Positions 1 to 11,999 of a stretch of DNA of 64,000 bases are shown in pieces; the stretch's first letter is position 1, and every line of letters begins with the position of its first letter. This DNA is from Podarcis bocagei (Eukaryota), in NCBI GenBank assembly GCA_964188305.1, contig OZ076888.1. One strand, written 5' to 3'. The notes below the pieces were generated by a model. It was not told where the DNA came from, did not search any database, and saw nothing but the letters and a program-made list of their open reading frames with translations. The translations under genes were made by a program, and so were the position numbers.

Positions 1-3000
1 TTTACCATCAGGTCCATACAGATGGAGAATGAACGATTACTTATTGGAACAGGATGAGATTGTCGATAAGGCAAAGAATATTTTAAAAGAGTACTTTGAC
101 CTTAACCTCCATAAAGAAACTAAAATCAACGTGGTCTGGGACGCTAGTAAAGCAGTCCTCAGAGGCTTCCTGATCCAACAGAACAAATATAGAAAGAATT
201 TGAGAGAGGCAAAGAAGGAAGAACTAACTAAACAATTAAAAGAAATAGAGGATAAATTAACAATAAGCCCCGGGGACGAGAGACTTAAACAAATTTATAA
301 ATTATTACAAACCCAATACTCAACATTGCTGAATCAGGAAATAGAATGGGGTATAAAAAGGATGAAGCAGAAGTTCTTCGAATCAGCAAATAAAACTGGT
401 AAGCTTTTAGCGTGGCAATTAAGGAAAAAGCAAAAGCAAATGGTGATTAACAAAATTAAATTTGAAGACCAAATAATAGAGGATCCCAGCGAGATAAAGG
501 GAAAGTTCCTTCAATATTATGGAAACCTGTATAAAAAGAAAGAGGGAGAAGATATAAGTGAAATAGAAAGGTACTTGGATGGGAATGGAAATGAAGAATT
601 GTCCGATGAAGAAAAGGTATCCCTTAACGAACCAGTAACTCCAGACGAGGTTAGAGATGCAATAAAGAAAATGAAACCCGGAAAGGCCCCTGGTCCAGAC
701 GGCCTCTCACAAAAATACTATAAATCTCTAGAGGAACATTTGATACCGGTACTCTGTAATGTAATTAATAACATCCTCCAAGGAGGGGAAATACCTGATT
801 CTTGGAAAGAGGCACATATCACCTTAATACCTAAAGCAGATTCAGATACGCTTAATATAAAAAACTACAGACCAATTTCGTTACTCAACAACGACTACAA
901 GATTTTTGCAGGAATAATGGCAAACAGATTAAAAAAATATCTGAACAGAACAATTCACAAGGATCAAGCAGGATTCCTGCCTGGTAGGCAGATAAAGGAT
1001 AATGTTAGGCATGTAGTTAATATAATTGAATATCTGGATCTCAAGATTGATATACCAGCCGCCTTAATCTTTGTAGATGCCGAAAAGGCTTTTGATAATG
1101 TGTCTTGGCAATTCCTCCTTAAATGTATGGAGAGGGCAGGAATAAGAGGGCCATTCCTAGAAGGTATTAGAGCGATATATTCCAACCAGAGAGCGAATCT
1201 TATCATCAATAGTAACCTAACAGACTCATTCACGATTACAAAAGGTACAAGGCAAGGATGCCCATTATCACCCCTGCTATTCATCTTGGTTTTGGAGGTT
1301 ATATTAAATAAGATCAGAGGAACACCGGAAGTAAGAGGGATCAAAATAGGTAAAAAAGAATACAAAGTAAAGGCTTACGCTGATGACTTAGTAATATCAA
1401 TAGAAGAACCCCTAGAAAGGATAAACATAGTTATGGGCTTAATGGAGGAATTTGGGAGACTATCTGGGTTTAGACTAAACAAAACAAAAACAAAAATGTT
1501 GGTAAAGAACTTAGACGAACAATCGAAAAGCAAAATTGAGTTGGAATCAGGAATAAAGACATCAAAAAAGGTTAAATATTTGGGTATCTGGGTCTCAACT
1601 AAAAACATAAACCTAGTGGAGGATAATTACAATAGAATTTGGAAAGAATGTAAAAGAGACCTAGATAGCTGGAGCAGATTACACCTCTCATGGGAGGGGA
1701 GAATGGCCGCCATTAAGATGAACATTCTCCCAAAAATGATATTCCTATTCCAAAATATCCCAGTAATCAGGGGCACAACAATGTTTAAAGACTGGCAGAG
1801 GACCCTTTCCAGATTCATCTGGCAGGGTAAAAGGGCCAGAATTAAATATAAGTTGCTCACTGACAGAAGAGAAAGAGGCGGTTTTGGGGTCCCCAATTTA
1901 CAACTATATTATGAGGCTTCGTGTCTTTGTTGGGTTAAGGAGTGGATAGTTTTGGAAAACACCGACTTGTTGGATTTGGAAGGTTTTAATGCTAGGTTTG
2001 GGTGGCACGCGTACCTTTGGCATGATAAGGGGAGAGTGCATAAAAGTTTTTCTAATCACATTATAAGAGGGGCGTTGCTAGAGGTATGGAACAGATGTAA
2101 GAACTTGATAGAAAAAGACACCCCATTGTGGTTGTCACCCATTGATATCCCAGCAATTAAAAAATTAAATATGGAAGGTAAAAGGTGGACATATGCCGAG
2201 CTCTTGAAAAGATCTGAGAAAGGATGGGAAATTAGACCTTATGAGGAGTTAAAAGACAAACTATTGGGGTGGATACATTTCCATCAAATTAACTCTTTAT
2301 GGAACGAGCATAAAAAAGCCGGAATGAGTAAGAACAAGTCCAAATTCCAATTAGAAATAATAGAAGGGAAGTCCAAAATCTTAACCAAAATGTATAACCA
2401 ACTATTAGATTGGGACACAAAGGATGAGGAAATCAAGGAGGTCATGATTAAGTGGGCCATTGACCTAGGACACCCCCTAGATTATGAAAAATGGAAAAAA
2501 TTATGGAATAGGGATATGAAATTTTCAGCATGTGTCGGTCTCCGAGAAAACATGGAAAAGATGATGTACCGATGGTACATCACCCCAACAAAATTAGCTA
2601 AAATGTATAAAACCGGAGACAAGACCTGTTGGAAATGTAAAAAGAAAGAGGGAGACTTCCTTCACATGTGGTGGTCCTGTGAGGAAGTAAAGAAATTCTG
2701 GGGTGCTGTTTATGATGAACTAAAAAAGATCCTAAAGTATACCTTTCCAAAAAAACCTGAGGCGTTCCTCCTGGGAATGGTGGGAAACGAGATTAATAAA
2801 AATGATCAAACCCTATTTCAATACGCGACAGTAGCCGCTAGGATACTGCTAGCGCAGAATTGGAAAAAACCCAGCATACCTACAATCAAGGACTGGCAAA
2901 CTAAGTTAATTGAATACATTGATTTGGCAATAATGACTCAGAAGATAAGGCAACAGAAAAATATTAAATTTATTGATGACTGGAAAAAAAAAATTTCATA

Positions 3001-3279
3001 CATAGAGACAATGTCAGGAAACATCAAAATCACAATAGGTATAATATAAAAATCGTGAAGTAGAATAAGCGGGTTAATAAAGACACTGCGATACATATGG
3101 TTCAGATAGAGGTCACGTTGTGGTGGTGGTGAAGTCAAACGATATAAACGAATGTATATTGATTTTTGTATCTGTTTTGTATCTGTTTATTTTTCTCTGT
3201 TTTGTTTTTATTAATAAGGTATATGTGTTTTTTTTAGATATTGGATCATAATAAAAAATTTTAACGTGGAAAAAAAAAA
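1..3279 (+). mobile_element. LINE-1 element, 3' portion with 3'UTR, AATAAA (3250-3255) and A-tail (3270-3279); antisense to NYAP2
   Basis: ORF2 is followed by a T-rich 3'UTR, a polyadenylation signal and an A-run. The 5' end lies outside the window. Confidence 0.95.
2..3049 (+). CDS. L1-clade non-LTR retrotransposon ORF2 (end of endonuclease, reverse transcriptase, C-terminal CCHC), 5'-partial at the window edge
   Basis: The frame is open from nt 2 (LPSGPYRWRMNDYLL, the WxxN motif that closes the APE domain). RT motifs: KAPGPDG, YRPISLLN, DAEKAFD, GTRQGCPLSPLLF, YADD (1376-1387) and KYLGI. Zinc knuckle CWKC-x8-H-x4-C. No stops over more than 1000 codons. Confidence 0.96.
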   Translation, partial: LPSGPYRWRMNDYLLEQDEIVDKAKNILKEYFDLNLHKETKINVVWDASKAVLRGFLIQQNKYRKNLREAKKEELTKQLKEIEDKLTISPGDERLKQIYKLLQTQYSTLLNQEIEWGIKRMKQKFFESANKTGKLLAWQLRKKQKQMVINKIKFEDQIIEDPSEIKGKFLQYYGNLYKKKEGEDISEIERYLDGNGNEELSDEEKVSLNEPVTPDEVRDAIKKMKPGKAPGPDGLSQKYYKSLEEHLIPVLCNVINNILQGGEIPDSWKEAHITLIPKADSDTLNIKNYRPISLLNNDYKIFAGIMANRLKKYLNRTIHKDQAGFLPGRQIKDNVRHVVNIIEYLDLKIDIPAALIFVDAEKAFDNVSWQFLLKCMERAGIRGPFLEGIRAIYSNQRANLIINSNLTDSFTITKGTRQGCPLSPLLFILVLEVILNKIRGTPEVRGIKIGKKEYKVKAYADDLVISIEEPLERINIVMGLMEEFGRLSGFRLNKTKTKMLVKNLDEQSKSKIELESGIKTSKKVKYLGIWVSTKNINLVEDNYNRIWKECKRDLDSWSRLHLSWEGRMAAIKMNILPKMIFLFQNIPVIRGTTMFKDWQRTLSRFIWQGKRARIKYKLLTDRRERGGFGVPNLQLYYEASCLCWVKEWIVLENTDLLDLEGFNARFGWHAYLWHDKGRVHKSFSNHIIRGALLEVWNRCKNLIEKDTPLWLSPIDIPAIKKLNMEGKRWTYAELLKRSEKGWEIRPYEELKDKLLGWIHFHQINSLWNEHKKAGMSKNKSKFQLEIIEGKSKILTKMYNQLLDWDTKDEEIKEVMIKWAIDLGHPLDYEKWKKLWNRDMKFSACVGLRENMEKMMYRWYITPTKLAKMYKTGDKTCWKCKKKEGDFLHMWWSCEEVKKFWGAVYDELKKILKYTFPKKPEAFLLGMVGNEINKNDQTLFQYATVAARILLAQNWKKPSIPTIKDWQTKLIEYIDLAIMTQKIRQQKNIKFIDDWKKKISYIETMSGNIKITIGII

Positions 3280-3980
3280 GAAAGAAGTCAAGCCACAACA
3301 AACTGGAAGAGTAAATTAGGGATCCTAATTCCTAATTAGGATCAAGTGTTTTGATGTTTATTTCCAGGTAATTAGAGCTGACGTCTTTGTCCTTGTTTAG
3401 AATTTCACACTATAGCTACCTCTATCTCTCAATGCAAATAAATAATACAACAAAGAGGAAATTGGGGTGTGTGATTGAGTAGCTTCTGTTCCTCATCTTG
3501 CTAAGCAATACAATTATAAAAAAGGAAATTAACTGTGCTGGATTTTAATTAGATCAGAACAACAATAAGTAACATACAGTAACTCCAGACTGCCATGCCA
3601 TAGAACCAAGACTTCCAGTTTGAATCTCTGTGTTGGTGTGTGCTACCTGTCCCCAGGTGACTAAGATGCACACCACATGGGACTTATATAGGCCTCAGGT
3701 TCTCCAAAGCATACTAAACACATTTTCATCTTGAAGAGCCCTTGAACCTCTTAGAAACCGTGTGTGAGAGAGGTGGGGATATCCAGCTAAAAGGATCTGC
3801 TGGCGCAATACCTTTTGACTAAATAAAGGTACTCATCTCTTTCTGTTCACCTCATGCCCCACCCCCACCTCCCAGGGCTTCCCTCAAGCTTTCAGAGCAG
3901 ATTTGAGGAGGGAGCAGAGGGGCAAGGAGAGGGAAGGGAGGGTAATGCCCACTGTGCTGGAGACAATCCTTGTGTTAGTG

Positions 3981-4116
3981 CAGGCTTCCTCAAACTCGGC
4001 CCTCCAGATGTTTTGAGACTACAATTCCCATCATCCCTGACCACTGGTCCTGCTAGCTAGGGATCATGGGAGTTGTAGGCCAAAAGCATCTGGAGGGCTG
4101 AGTTTGAGGAAGCCTG
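3981..4116. mobile_element. 136-bp palindromic hAT (Charlie/Buster-type) MITE
   Basis: TIRs CAGGCTTCCTCAAACTC...GAGTTTGAGGAAGCCTG; 8-bp TSD tgttagtg/tgctagtg with central TA. Confidence 0.9.
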
Positions 4117-4294
4117 TGCTAGTGGATAGTGCCTGGTACCTTGCCAGAACATAAAGCAGTGTCACAAGAAGCAAGGAGTGCCTATAACAGCTCTTAGGTC
4201 ATGCAAGGAAACAACCTCTCTCCCTCTCACCTTGCATGCCACATCTATGAGAGGAAGAGCCTTTCCCATTCTGCCGCAGGAGGTGGAACTAATA

Positions 4295-4496
4295 AGAAAG
4301 CCATTTTCAAATATATAAAGGGCTATCACGTGGAAGATGGAGCAAGCTTGTTTTCTCCCACTCCAACATTAAAAACTTCCCTAAACAGAGCTGCCTTCAG
4401 ATGTCTTCTAAAAGTCAGGCAGTTGTTCATTTCCTTGACATCTGGTGGGAGGGCGTTCCACAGGGTGGGCACCACTACCGAGAAGGCCCTCTGCCT
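4295..4496. mobile_element. Short CR1 fragment followed by an L2 3' fragment (minus)
   Basis: The AIFKYIKGYHVEDGASLFS-type CR1 remnant is followed by ttaaaaacttccctaaacagagctgccttcagatgtc, which is reverse-related to the L2 3' ends at 25915 and 28003. Confidence 0.55.
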
Positions 4497-5367
4497 ATGA
4501 TTTTATAAGCACCCCATATACAAAAGTCTATGATCTATTGCAGTACAGTATTGAATTTTAAATTCACCTGCATCCAAATTGAACCGAAATTGCAAGAAAC
4601 CTTCCTGTTCTTTCCACAGTCCCCAAGTTGACATGGTTTATAGCAGCAAGGTGCAACCATAGCACTATTTTTTTTTAGATAAGATGGATACAGAAGGCTC
4701 CACTTTGGTTGTCTTATATTTCTGCTTAAAGATCAAGGATAACCTACATCAAAATCTTTTTGTTTAATTATACAATAGCTGAGGGGATGTGACTCAGACT
4801 CTTTGAAGTGCCTCAATTGCTGTGCTACTTGCACAAGTGAAAGGATTCATCACTTTGAATTCCACCAGCTTAGATCTGTAACTTAATGGGTGCCATATTT
4901 CATCGGATATATTTTTAAACTGGTAAATATAATGTCAACAAGCCATTGAATTAACTAGCAAGTTAGTGGCTTGAAAATATAGGTTGTCAGGCATTATTCA
5001 CATGCTTCCATTCTACATTCAGATCATTCAGGTGCTGGTAGCACAGCTCCCCTTGTGTATAGCAGAGATAGTAGGGGTTCTTTTTTCACATATTTTGTAA
5101 TATTGTTATTATCATTATTTCACTTTTTAGCCCAAAGGGATGAACATTATAGTAAAATTTGATTTAAAAAAATATACAGGAGCAGTATAGATCTAATAGA
5201 AGAAAACAAAAAAGTACAGAATGAAAAGACACAAATAAAAGAAAGCCCTTCTAAGGTGAAAGATTAAAGCGCACTCCCACTACCGTTCTGCCCCTTATGC
5301 TTAGAGGCTAAAAACTCAAACAGATACTTATTCAAATATGCAAATTAGAGGAATTAAGAGGTGCTTG

Positions 5368-5663
5368 CAGGGCTGTCCTAAGCATATGCGGCACCGGGGT
5401 GCAAAGATCCGCCCCCCCCCCCAGGTTGCCTAGTCCCAGGTGCACAGGAGAGCAGAGCCGGCCGGCTGCCTCAGCGTCTTGCTGACTCAGTCGCCCCCAA
5501 ACTCACGACACAGAACCTCCCACAGCAGAAGAGCCCATTGCGGCACTCCGACCAATGGGCGGGCTCTTCCCCAGACTTGACTCTTGGGCCCCGGACTCTT
5601 GGCCTGGCACCCCTGAGAGCCCGGCGCCCTGCACCCCTAGCGCCTATGGGTAAGATGGCCCTG
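5368..5663. mobile_element. hAT non-autonomous element, 296 bp, GC/CpG-rich
   Basis: Termini CAGGGCTGTCCTA...TAAGATGGCCCTG; 8-bp TSD ggtgcttg/ggcgcttg. Confidence 0.82.
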
Positions 5664-6164
5664 GGCGCTTGCAACATCATCCCATCCCAAATATTCAGTA
5701 GCTCAGGATGAATGAGTGATCAGTATAAAGAACTGTTCAGCCTTTTTAAAAAATGTGGAAGCACTTCCAATATTAATAGTTCCCACAATGGGATAGAGTC
5801 CAACACATGATCCTATACTATTGTAGAAGGTAGACTTAAAGGGGGTGGCACTCACTGTCATGTCAACCTAAATGGATGACCTAAAGTGCAACGATTCCTT
5901 TGAAGTTGTTCCCTTTGACAGCGACACACTGGTGGTGACAACAGCAGCCTGTCAAAGTTAGCCCAAACCTCCCTGGGATGACAGCCACACAGCTGCAACT
6001 GCAAAAAATGTTCATAGGGAGCAGAACTAACTTCTGGACTCTGGTAGCTGTCTACTACTACCATTTTGCACTCACAGCAGGCATAAACATTGGGGTCAGA
6101 TATACCAACTGATGCTTCTTTCACTGTGAGATAAAAATTCTTGTTCTTGTTTCTTTGTTCTAGC

Positions 6165-6298
6165 CTTGCCTAGCTGGGTATCTTCCAGATGCCTTGGACT
6201 ACAGTTCCCATCAGCTCCAGGGCATGACTGTGCTGCCTGGGGCTGATGGAAGTTGCATTCCAAAACATTTGGAGTGCATCAGGTTGGCAAAGAATGCT
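6165..6298. mobile_element. Degenerate copy of the ~136-bp hAT MITE family
   Basis: Retains the ccagatg...ggactacagttcccatcag...ctgatggaagttg...aacatttggag inverted core. Confidence 0.6.
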
Positions 6299-8366
6299 TT
6301 GTGCAGTAGACAGTATGGCCAACTGAACAGGAGCTTGGGCCACTTGCAGCCTGCCCATTTTCTAGGTTCTGTAAATAGCTTTGGAACATCGATGCTCGAT
6401 TATTTATTTCTATTTTATTTTAACATTTTTTCTCTCAGAACACTTCAAGTCAAGCATGCCTGTATCTTTCACACATGCTCGAGAGCTTGTAACTAAATCA
6501 GATACCTATTAAAGGTGGATAGCAGCAGCCAAATAAGTAGTGTTTCATGAGGGTTTTTTACATAAAAAATAAACAAACAAAGAGTCAATGACAGTGGTAC
6601 AAGCACACTTTGGGATTCTAGACCTCCAACATCTGCCGTTGCATAAGTAACTTTATGAATGAAAATCAAATGTAGCAATTATTCATACAAATAACGATCT
6701 GCACAATTAAAACCAGTTGTCCAAAAGCTTAGCCACAATATTAATGTTTAGCTCATTTATAGAATGTGCCAAAAAGAAAAGTCTTCCCTTTATATGTTTG
6801 TTGAGATAACGTTGATCCCACATACATTGCATCCATCACACTCCCCCTCTCTCATACACACGTAAGTAGTGCCGATAACTGAACAGAAAATTGTGCTACA
6901 AGAGCACACACCTCCTGGCTCTTAGCTTCACACTCTGTGGCTCCCTAACGCTCATACTGACAGCATGCTAAGAGCATGGTAAATACAAGGATCAGGCCTG
7001 GATGCTCAGTTATAGCCACTGTTGACTTATATCTACAGTCTTCTCTAACCTATATTGCTGTATTTAAGTGAACGCAGTTGACTTTCTAGAGCTGTTAAAA
7101 TGTATCCTTGGATTTTACCCCAAAGAAACCCACACTTTAAAGCATTTCTGATATCAGTGATCTCTGAAAGATTGTTATTATTAGGGCTTCTGCTGCCAAA
7201 AGCTGGAAAAGTAAAAAATCTGATATCAGGAGCATATTTGGGTGTCCAAAAAGGATGACCAACTGATGATGATTTGTTTTATTTTCTTGACTATATTACA
7301 GGGTTTCTCTTGTTCCAGATTGCCTCTCTATCCAGGGCTTGGATACCTCTGTGTATTATGTTGCAGGTCATAGAACACCAAAGGGAATTTCAGTATTGCT
7401 CTAGCCCACAAAATGACTCCACTGGGGTAGTCTGAGGTGGTTAGTGTGGAAAAGTCAATACAAGCCTTGGATGCTACAGCTTGGTTGTCATCAGTATGCC
7501 CTAGAGGCTTAGATGATGGGTAAGAATTTTTACAGGATCCCTTTAGGATCTCTTCCAACTCCACAATGCTATGATTCAATGTCTTGTTTTAGAAACCTAA
7601 TCTATGGTGTTCCTTATCCCCATCCTATAAACTATCTCTTACCAGGAGTGAGAATTCACTAAAAGATATTGAGTGATTGATTTACCAATGAAAGTCTTGC
7701 CAATTCAATTACACAGTTGATTAATAATCAGAATAGCAGAGGGAAAGGGGGGAGTTATCACTTAGACAATACATTGTAAGACATGAAAGCTGGTATTTTC
7801 CTACAGGTCCTGAAAAAAATAATATTTTATGACACTTGCCCCTATTCCAATCTAAATATTTTTAATTAAAAAAACCAAGAACAGAACTTTCCCCAGCAAT
7901 CATAATTTTGCTTCATTAACCAAAGGAAAGATGTTATGCAATTATATATTATTTATACCTGACATGTGGCATGCAAGACGTGGTTAAGATTAAATGACAC
8001 TTATCACTGCCTACTTACAAAAGCTCCCTGGAGAGTCATGAAAGGGCATCTTGCATAATGGAGTCATCTGTTGAATTGCAGCCATTATTAACGGTGTGCA
8101 TTAAATGTACTGAAGGTGAACACCAGGTCTCTTAAAGTACTGGGCTCTGATAGCTTAGGTGTGCCTGAGGAAATTTTGCTTTCTTCTGGTTTAATTATGT
8201 TTTTATGTTCAAGTACTGGAAAAGAAAGATGTGTTCTCGACAATGAGTGGAGTCTTTGATCCACAGGAGGAGGAGAAGAAAGAAACCCACAGCAGGTTCT
8301 TACTGTAAGAAAAAAACATCACTGCTCTGTGTGAGAGGAAAAGGTGTTTACCATGACAACTGACAG

Positions 8367-8457
8367 CCACTGCAATCCTATGCATGTTTACTTGGGAGTA
8401 AATCCTACTGAACTCAATGGCACTTACTTCAGAGTAGACATATACAGGACTGCAGTT
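8367..8457. mobile_element. ~90-bp old palindromic MITE; related copies at ~12528-12582 and ~37620-37712
   Basis: Inverted ends ctgcaatcctatgcatgtttac...gtagacatatacaggactgcag; three related copies in the window. Confidence 0.6.
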
Positions 8458-8549
8458 TTAGAGACTCCAGTCATAATGAAGGTTTAAAGATATGCCCAAA
8501 AGAAAAGGACTGGCCTGCAAACTCTGGATGTTAAAAAAAGAAACAAATA

Positions 8550-8765
8550 CAGTCGTACCTGGGGTCCCGAATGCCTTGCAAGTTGAATGTTTTAGCTCCC
8601 GAATGCCACAGACCGAGAAATGAGTGTTCTGGTCTGTGAACGTTCTTTGGAACCCAAATGTCTGTTTTGGCTTTCGCAGCTTCCCATTGGCTGAAGGAGC
8701 TTCCTGCAGCCAATCGGAAGCCGTGCCTTGGTTTCTGAACGTTTTGGAAGTCGGACGAACTTCTG

Positions 8766-8816
<51 letters not shown>

Positions 8817-9826
8817 TTTATTTATATCCCGCCCTCCCCAGCCGAAGCTGGGCTCAGGGCGGCTAACAACAATCAAAATAATCCAACATTCTAAAAACAT
8901 TCATTATAAAATTAATTAAAATCAAATTAATGGCAACCATTAAGCAACATTCTGTGCAGATTGCCAGAGGAGGGGGTCAGGCTGCGCCCTGATCAAAGGC
9001 CTGGTGGAACAGCTCTGTCTTGCAGGCCCTGCGGAAAGATGTCAGGTCCCGCAGGGCCCTAGTCTCTTGTGACAGAGCGTTCCACCAGATTGGAGCCGCA
9101 GCCAAGAAAGCCCTGGCTCTAGTTGAGGCCAGCCTAACCTCTCTGTGGCCTGGGATCTTCAGGATGTTTTTATTTGCAGACCATAAATTTCTCTATGGGA
9201 CATACCAGGAGAGGCGGTCCCGTAGGTACGAGGGTCCTAGGCCGTATAGGGCTTTAAAGGTTAAAACCAGCACCTTAAACCTGATCCTGTACTCCACCGG
9301 GAGCCAGTGCAGCTGGTATAGTACCGGATGAATATGATCTCACAGCGAAGACCCCATAAGGAGTCTCGCCGCGGCATTCTGCACCTGCTGGAGTTTCTGG
9401 GTCAGTCTCAAGGGCAGCCCCACATAGAGCGAGTTACAATAATCCAGTCTGGAGGTGACTGTCATGTGGATCACAGTGGCTAGGTCAGGGCGATAGAGAT
9501 AAGGAGCCAACTGCTTAGCTTGGTGGAGATGAAAAATGCCGCCTTTGTTATAGCTGTAATCTGCACCTCCATAGAGAGGGAGGTATCGAAGATTACACCC
9601 AAACTCTTAATGGACGATGCTGGCACTAATTGCACCCCCGCAAGAGATGGGAGATGGGAGTTGCCCCCTCAATCCCATATCGCCCCGTCCCAGCCAGAGG
9701 ACCTCTGTCTTCGAAGGATTTAACTTCAACTGGCTCCCACGTAACCATCCAGCCACAGCTTCCAGACATCTGGTCAGTGTGTCTGGGGCCGAGTCAGGAT
9801 TCCATTTGACTACCGAGGTACCATTG
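8550..9826. mobile_element. Tc1/mariner (Tigger-like) MITE split by an L2 insertion; arms at 8550-8768 and 9797-9826
   Basis: Left end TA|CAGTCGTACCT and right end AGGTACCATTG|TA resemble the TIRs of the 242-bp Tigger MITEs elsewhere in the window. Confidence 0.75.
8769..9796 (-). mobile_element. 5'-truncated L2 LINE with (ATT)n tail
   Basis: Minus-strand peptide CLEAVAGWLRGSQLKLNPSKTEVLWLG (post-YADD region of an L2-type RT); microsatellite tail at 8768-8812; same 3' end as the copy at 59035. Confidence 0.85.
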
Positions 9827-10151
9827 TAAAGGAGATTTTGTATAAAGAAAACCCAAAACAATTGGGAGTCTGATTGGAAAGAACTGTTAGATCATAGGAA
9901 TCTGCCTGATAGTGAGTCAGACTTTTATTCATCCAACTCAGTTTTATTGCCTTTGCTGATTGGAAGCTGCTCTCCAGGATCTCAAACAGGGGTCATTTGC
10001 AGACCCTCTTTGAGATTTTGGGGATCAAACCTGGGACCTTTCACATGCAGAGCCGATGCTCTGCCACTGAGTTTTGCTTCATGGCCTTTCAACCCCATGA
10101 GCTCCTTAGGATTAGGATCATATGCTAGGCAACACTTTCTGTCCATCTAGC

Positions 10152-10290
10152 CCAGCTTTCCCCAACCTGACGCTATCCAGATACTTTGAGCTACAAGTTG
10201 CATAATCTCTGGCCACTAGCCTTGCTTGTTGGGGCTGATGGGAGATGAAATCCAGAAGAAAGTCGAGGGCACCAGGCTGGAGAAGACTGG
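10152..10290. mobile_element. Degenerate hAT MITE
   Basis: cagctttccccaacctg...tccagatactttgagctacaa...ctgatgggag...caccaggctggagaagactg. Confidence 0.6.
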
Positions 10291-10539
10291 TCTGTCCCAT
10301 TACTGCCTGGCTGCAGTTAAGCTCCAGGGACTCAGTCAGAGGACTTTGACTTCACTTGCTGTCTAGTCCTTTTAATTGGCTGGTATGAGGAATTAACCAG
10401 ATAGGAATGTCTTGCATATAAAGCACTTGCTGTCCCCCTCTGCTGTAACTTCTCTCTCACAAAATGCCAGATAATATACCTGTAGCACAGGGGTGCATTT
10501 AGATTTTTGGAGGCCCTAAGCCCTGAATAGATTATGGTA

Positions 10540-10901
10540 AAGGTAAAGGTAAAGGGACCCCTGACCATTGGGTCCAGTCATGACTGACTCTGGGGTTGCG
10601 GCACTCATCTCGCTTTATTGGCCGAGGGAGCCAATAAGGTACAGCTTCTGGGTCATGTAGCCAGCATGACTAAGCCGCTTCTGGCGAACCAGAGCAGCGC
10701 ACAGAAACGCCATTTACCTTCCCACCAGAGCGGTACCTATTTATCTACTTTCACTTTAACGTGCTTTGAACTGCTAGGTTGGCAGGAGCAGGGACCGAGC
10801 AAGGGGAGCTCACCCCGTCGCGGGGATTCAAACCGCCAACCTTCTGATCGGCAAGTCCTAGGCTCTGTGGTTTAACCCACAGTGCCACCCGCATCCCACC
10901 G
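10540..10901 (-). mobile_element. Sauria SINE
   Basis: tRNA-like head with A/B boxes and an (ACCTTT)n tail on the minus strand; TSD tagattatggta (10528-10539 / 10902-10913). Confidence 0.93.
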
Positions 10902-11999
10902 TAGATTATGGTATCCCATATGTAATTCAAAATAAAAAAAAATATTAACCTCCCCCCTTTCTTTTCTTTTTTTACCAATCTACCTTAACAGGATGCCCAC
11001 TGGTTTAGGCGGGGATAAAAAGAGAACAGAAAAAAATAGCTTTGTTTGCCTTCATGATGTCCAAACATAGCCAGATTTGACTGGATAGTTAGTGCTGTAA
11101 CATCTTCACATTCACTACAAGTTTCCCGATTGTCCAGGAAAATGGAGTGGGGGATGGTGCCAAATCAGAAAGACAGAAGATAAGTAGTACATCAAGTTAG
11201 CCTGCCTAATTCCTGAATATTGAAACGGGCCAACATTTGGCACAGCCCCCCACTCAGGCCCGTCCATAAAGAATGCTTCTGCTCCTTCAATGCTGCGTTT
11301 CACTGTTGTAGCTGCAAGAGTTCACGTAGACTAGGACTTCTGTCATATGGCAAGCTTTGCACATTGCTTTAATTTGACGTTCACGATTTCCTGACTCAAC
11401 ACAACAATGCATAAATCATGCTGGCTATCGCACGCAATGTCAACAGTCCCTGTGGTTGTTCTTTTATAGCCTGTCACATGCAGAGGGAGATGAAATGTAG
11501 AGCAGCTGGTGCCTGCATCAGATCAGGCAGGAGGTATTCTCTAGGTATAATTTCACCTTGACTCTTCACTGTAGAAAAGCCATTAGTAATTCTACCTTGC
11601 TGGAGGAACTGTTAGGAGAAAGAGACGAGAGGCATTTCTTCCCCGTATAGCATGAGCTAATGAAGTCTCGAGAAAGTTTAATATTTGCTTGAAAGTGGCC
11701 TGAAGTATTTGTGACTTTTTTTTTTTTTAGTTTTCCTTCCCATTTTTCTTTTCTCTTAAAGAAGATGGCAGAATATGGATTTTATAACAGTTTGCTTACT
11801 TAAAAAAAGACATGACGTCCAAGGATGTCTATCTGATTGTGCAATGCATTTCTGTTTGGTCAGTGGTCTTCCACTCACTCTTCTTCTTCCTCCATAGTCT
11901 CTCATAATCTGTCTGCACGATGGGGTCAACCTCCAGAACAGATTTGGGGGTGTACAAAGAGCTACAGGGGAGAAGAACCTGGTGTGGTCTTCCTTGGTA

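Noticed and set aside
964-1896. Antisense ORFs within L1 ORF2, and likewise within gag at 62997-63623
   Set aside because: These are shadow ORFs of real coding sequence with no motif support.
8592-8919. Poly-Leu/Ile/Asn ORFs; also poly-Ser at 36683-37072 and poly-Val at 58966-59154
   Set aside because: They are translations of trinucleotide microsatellites.
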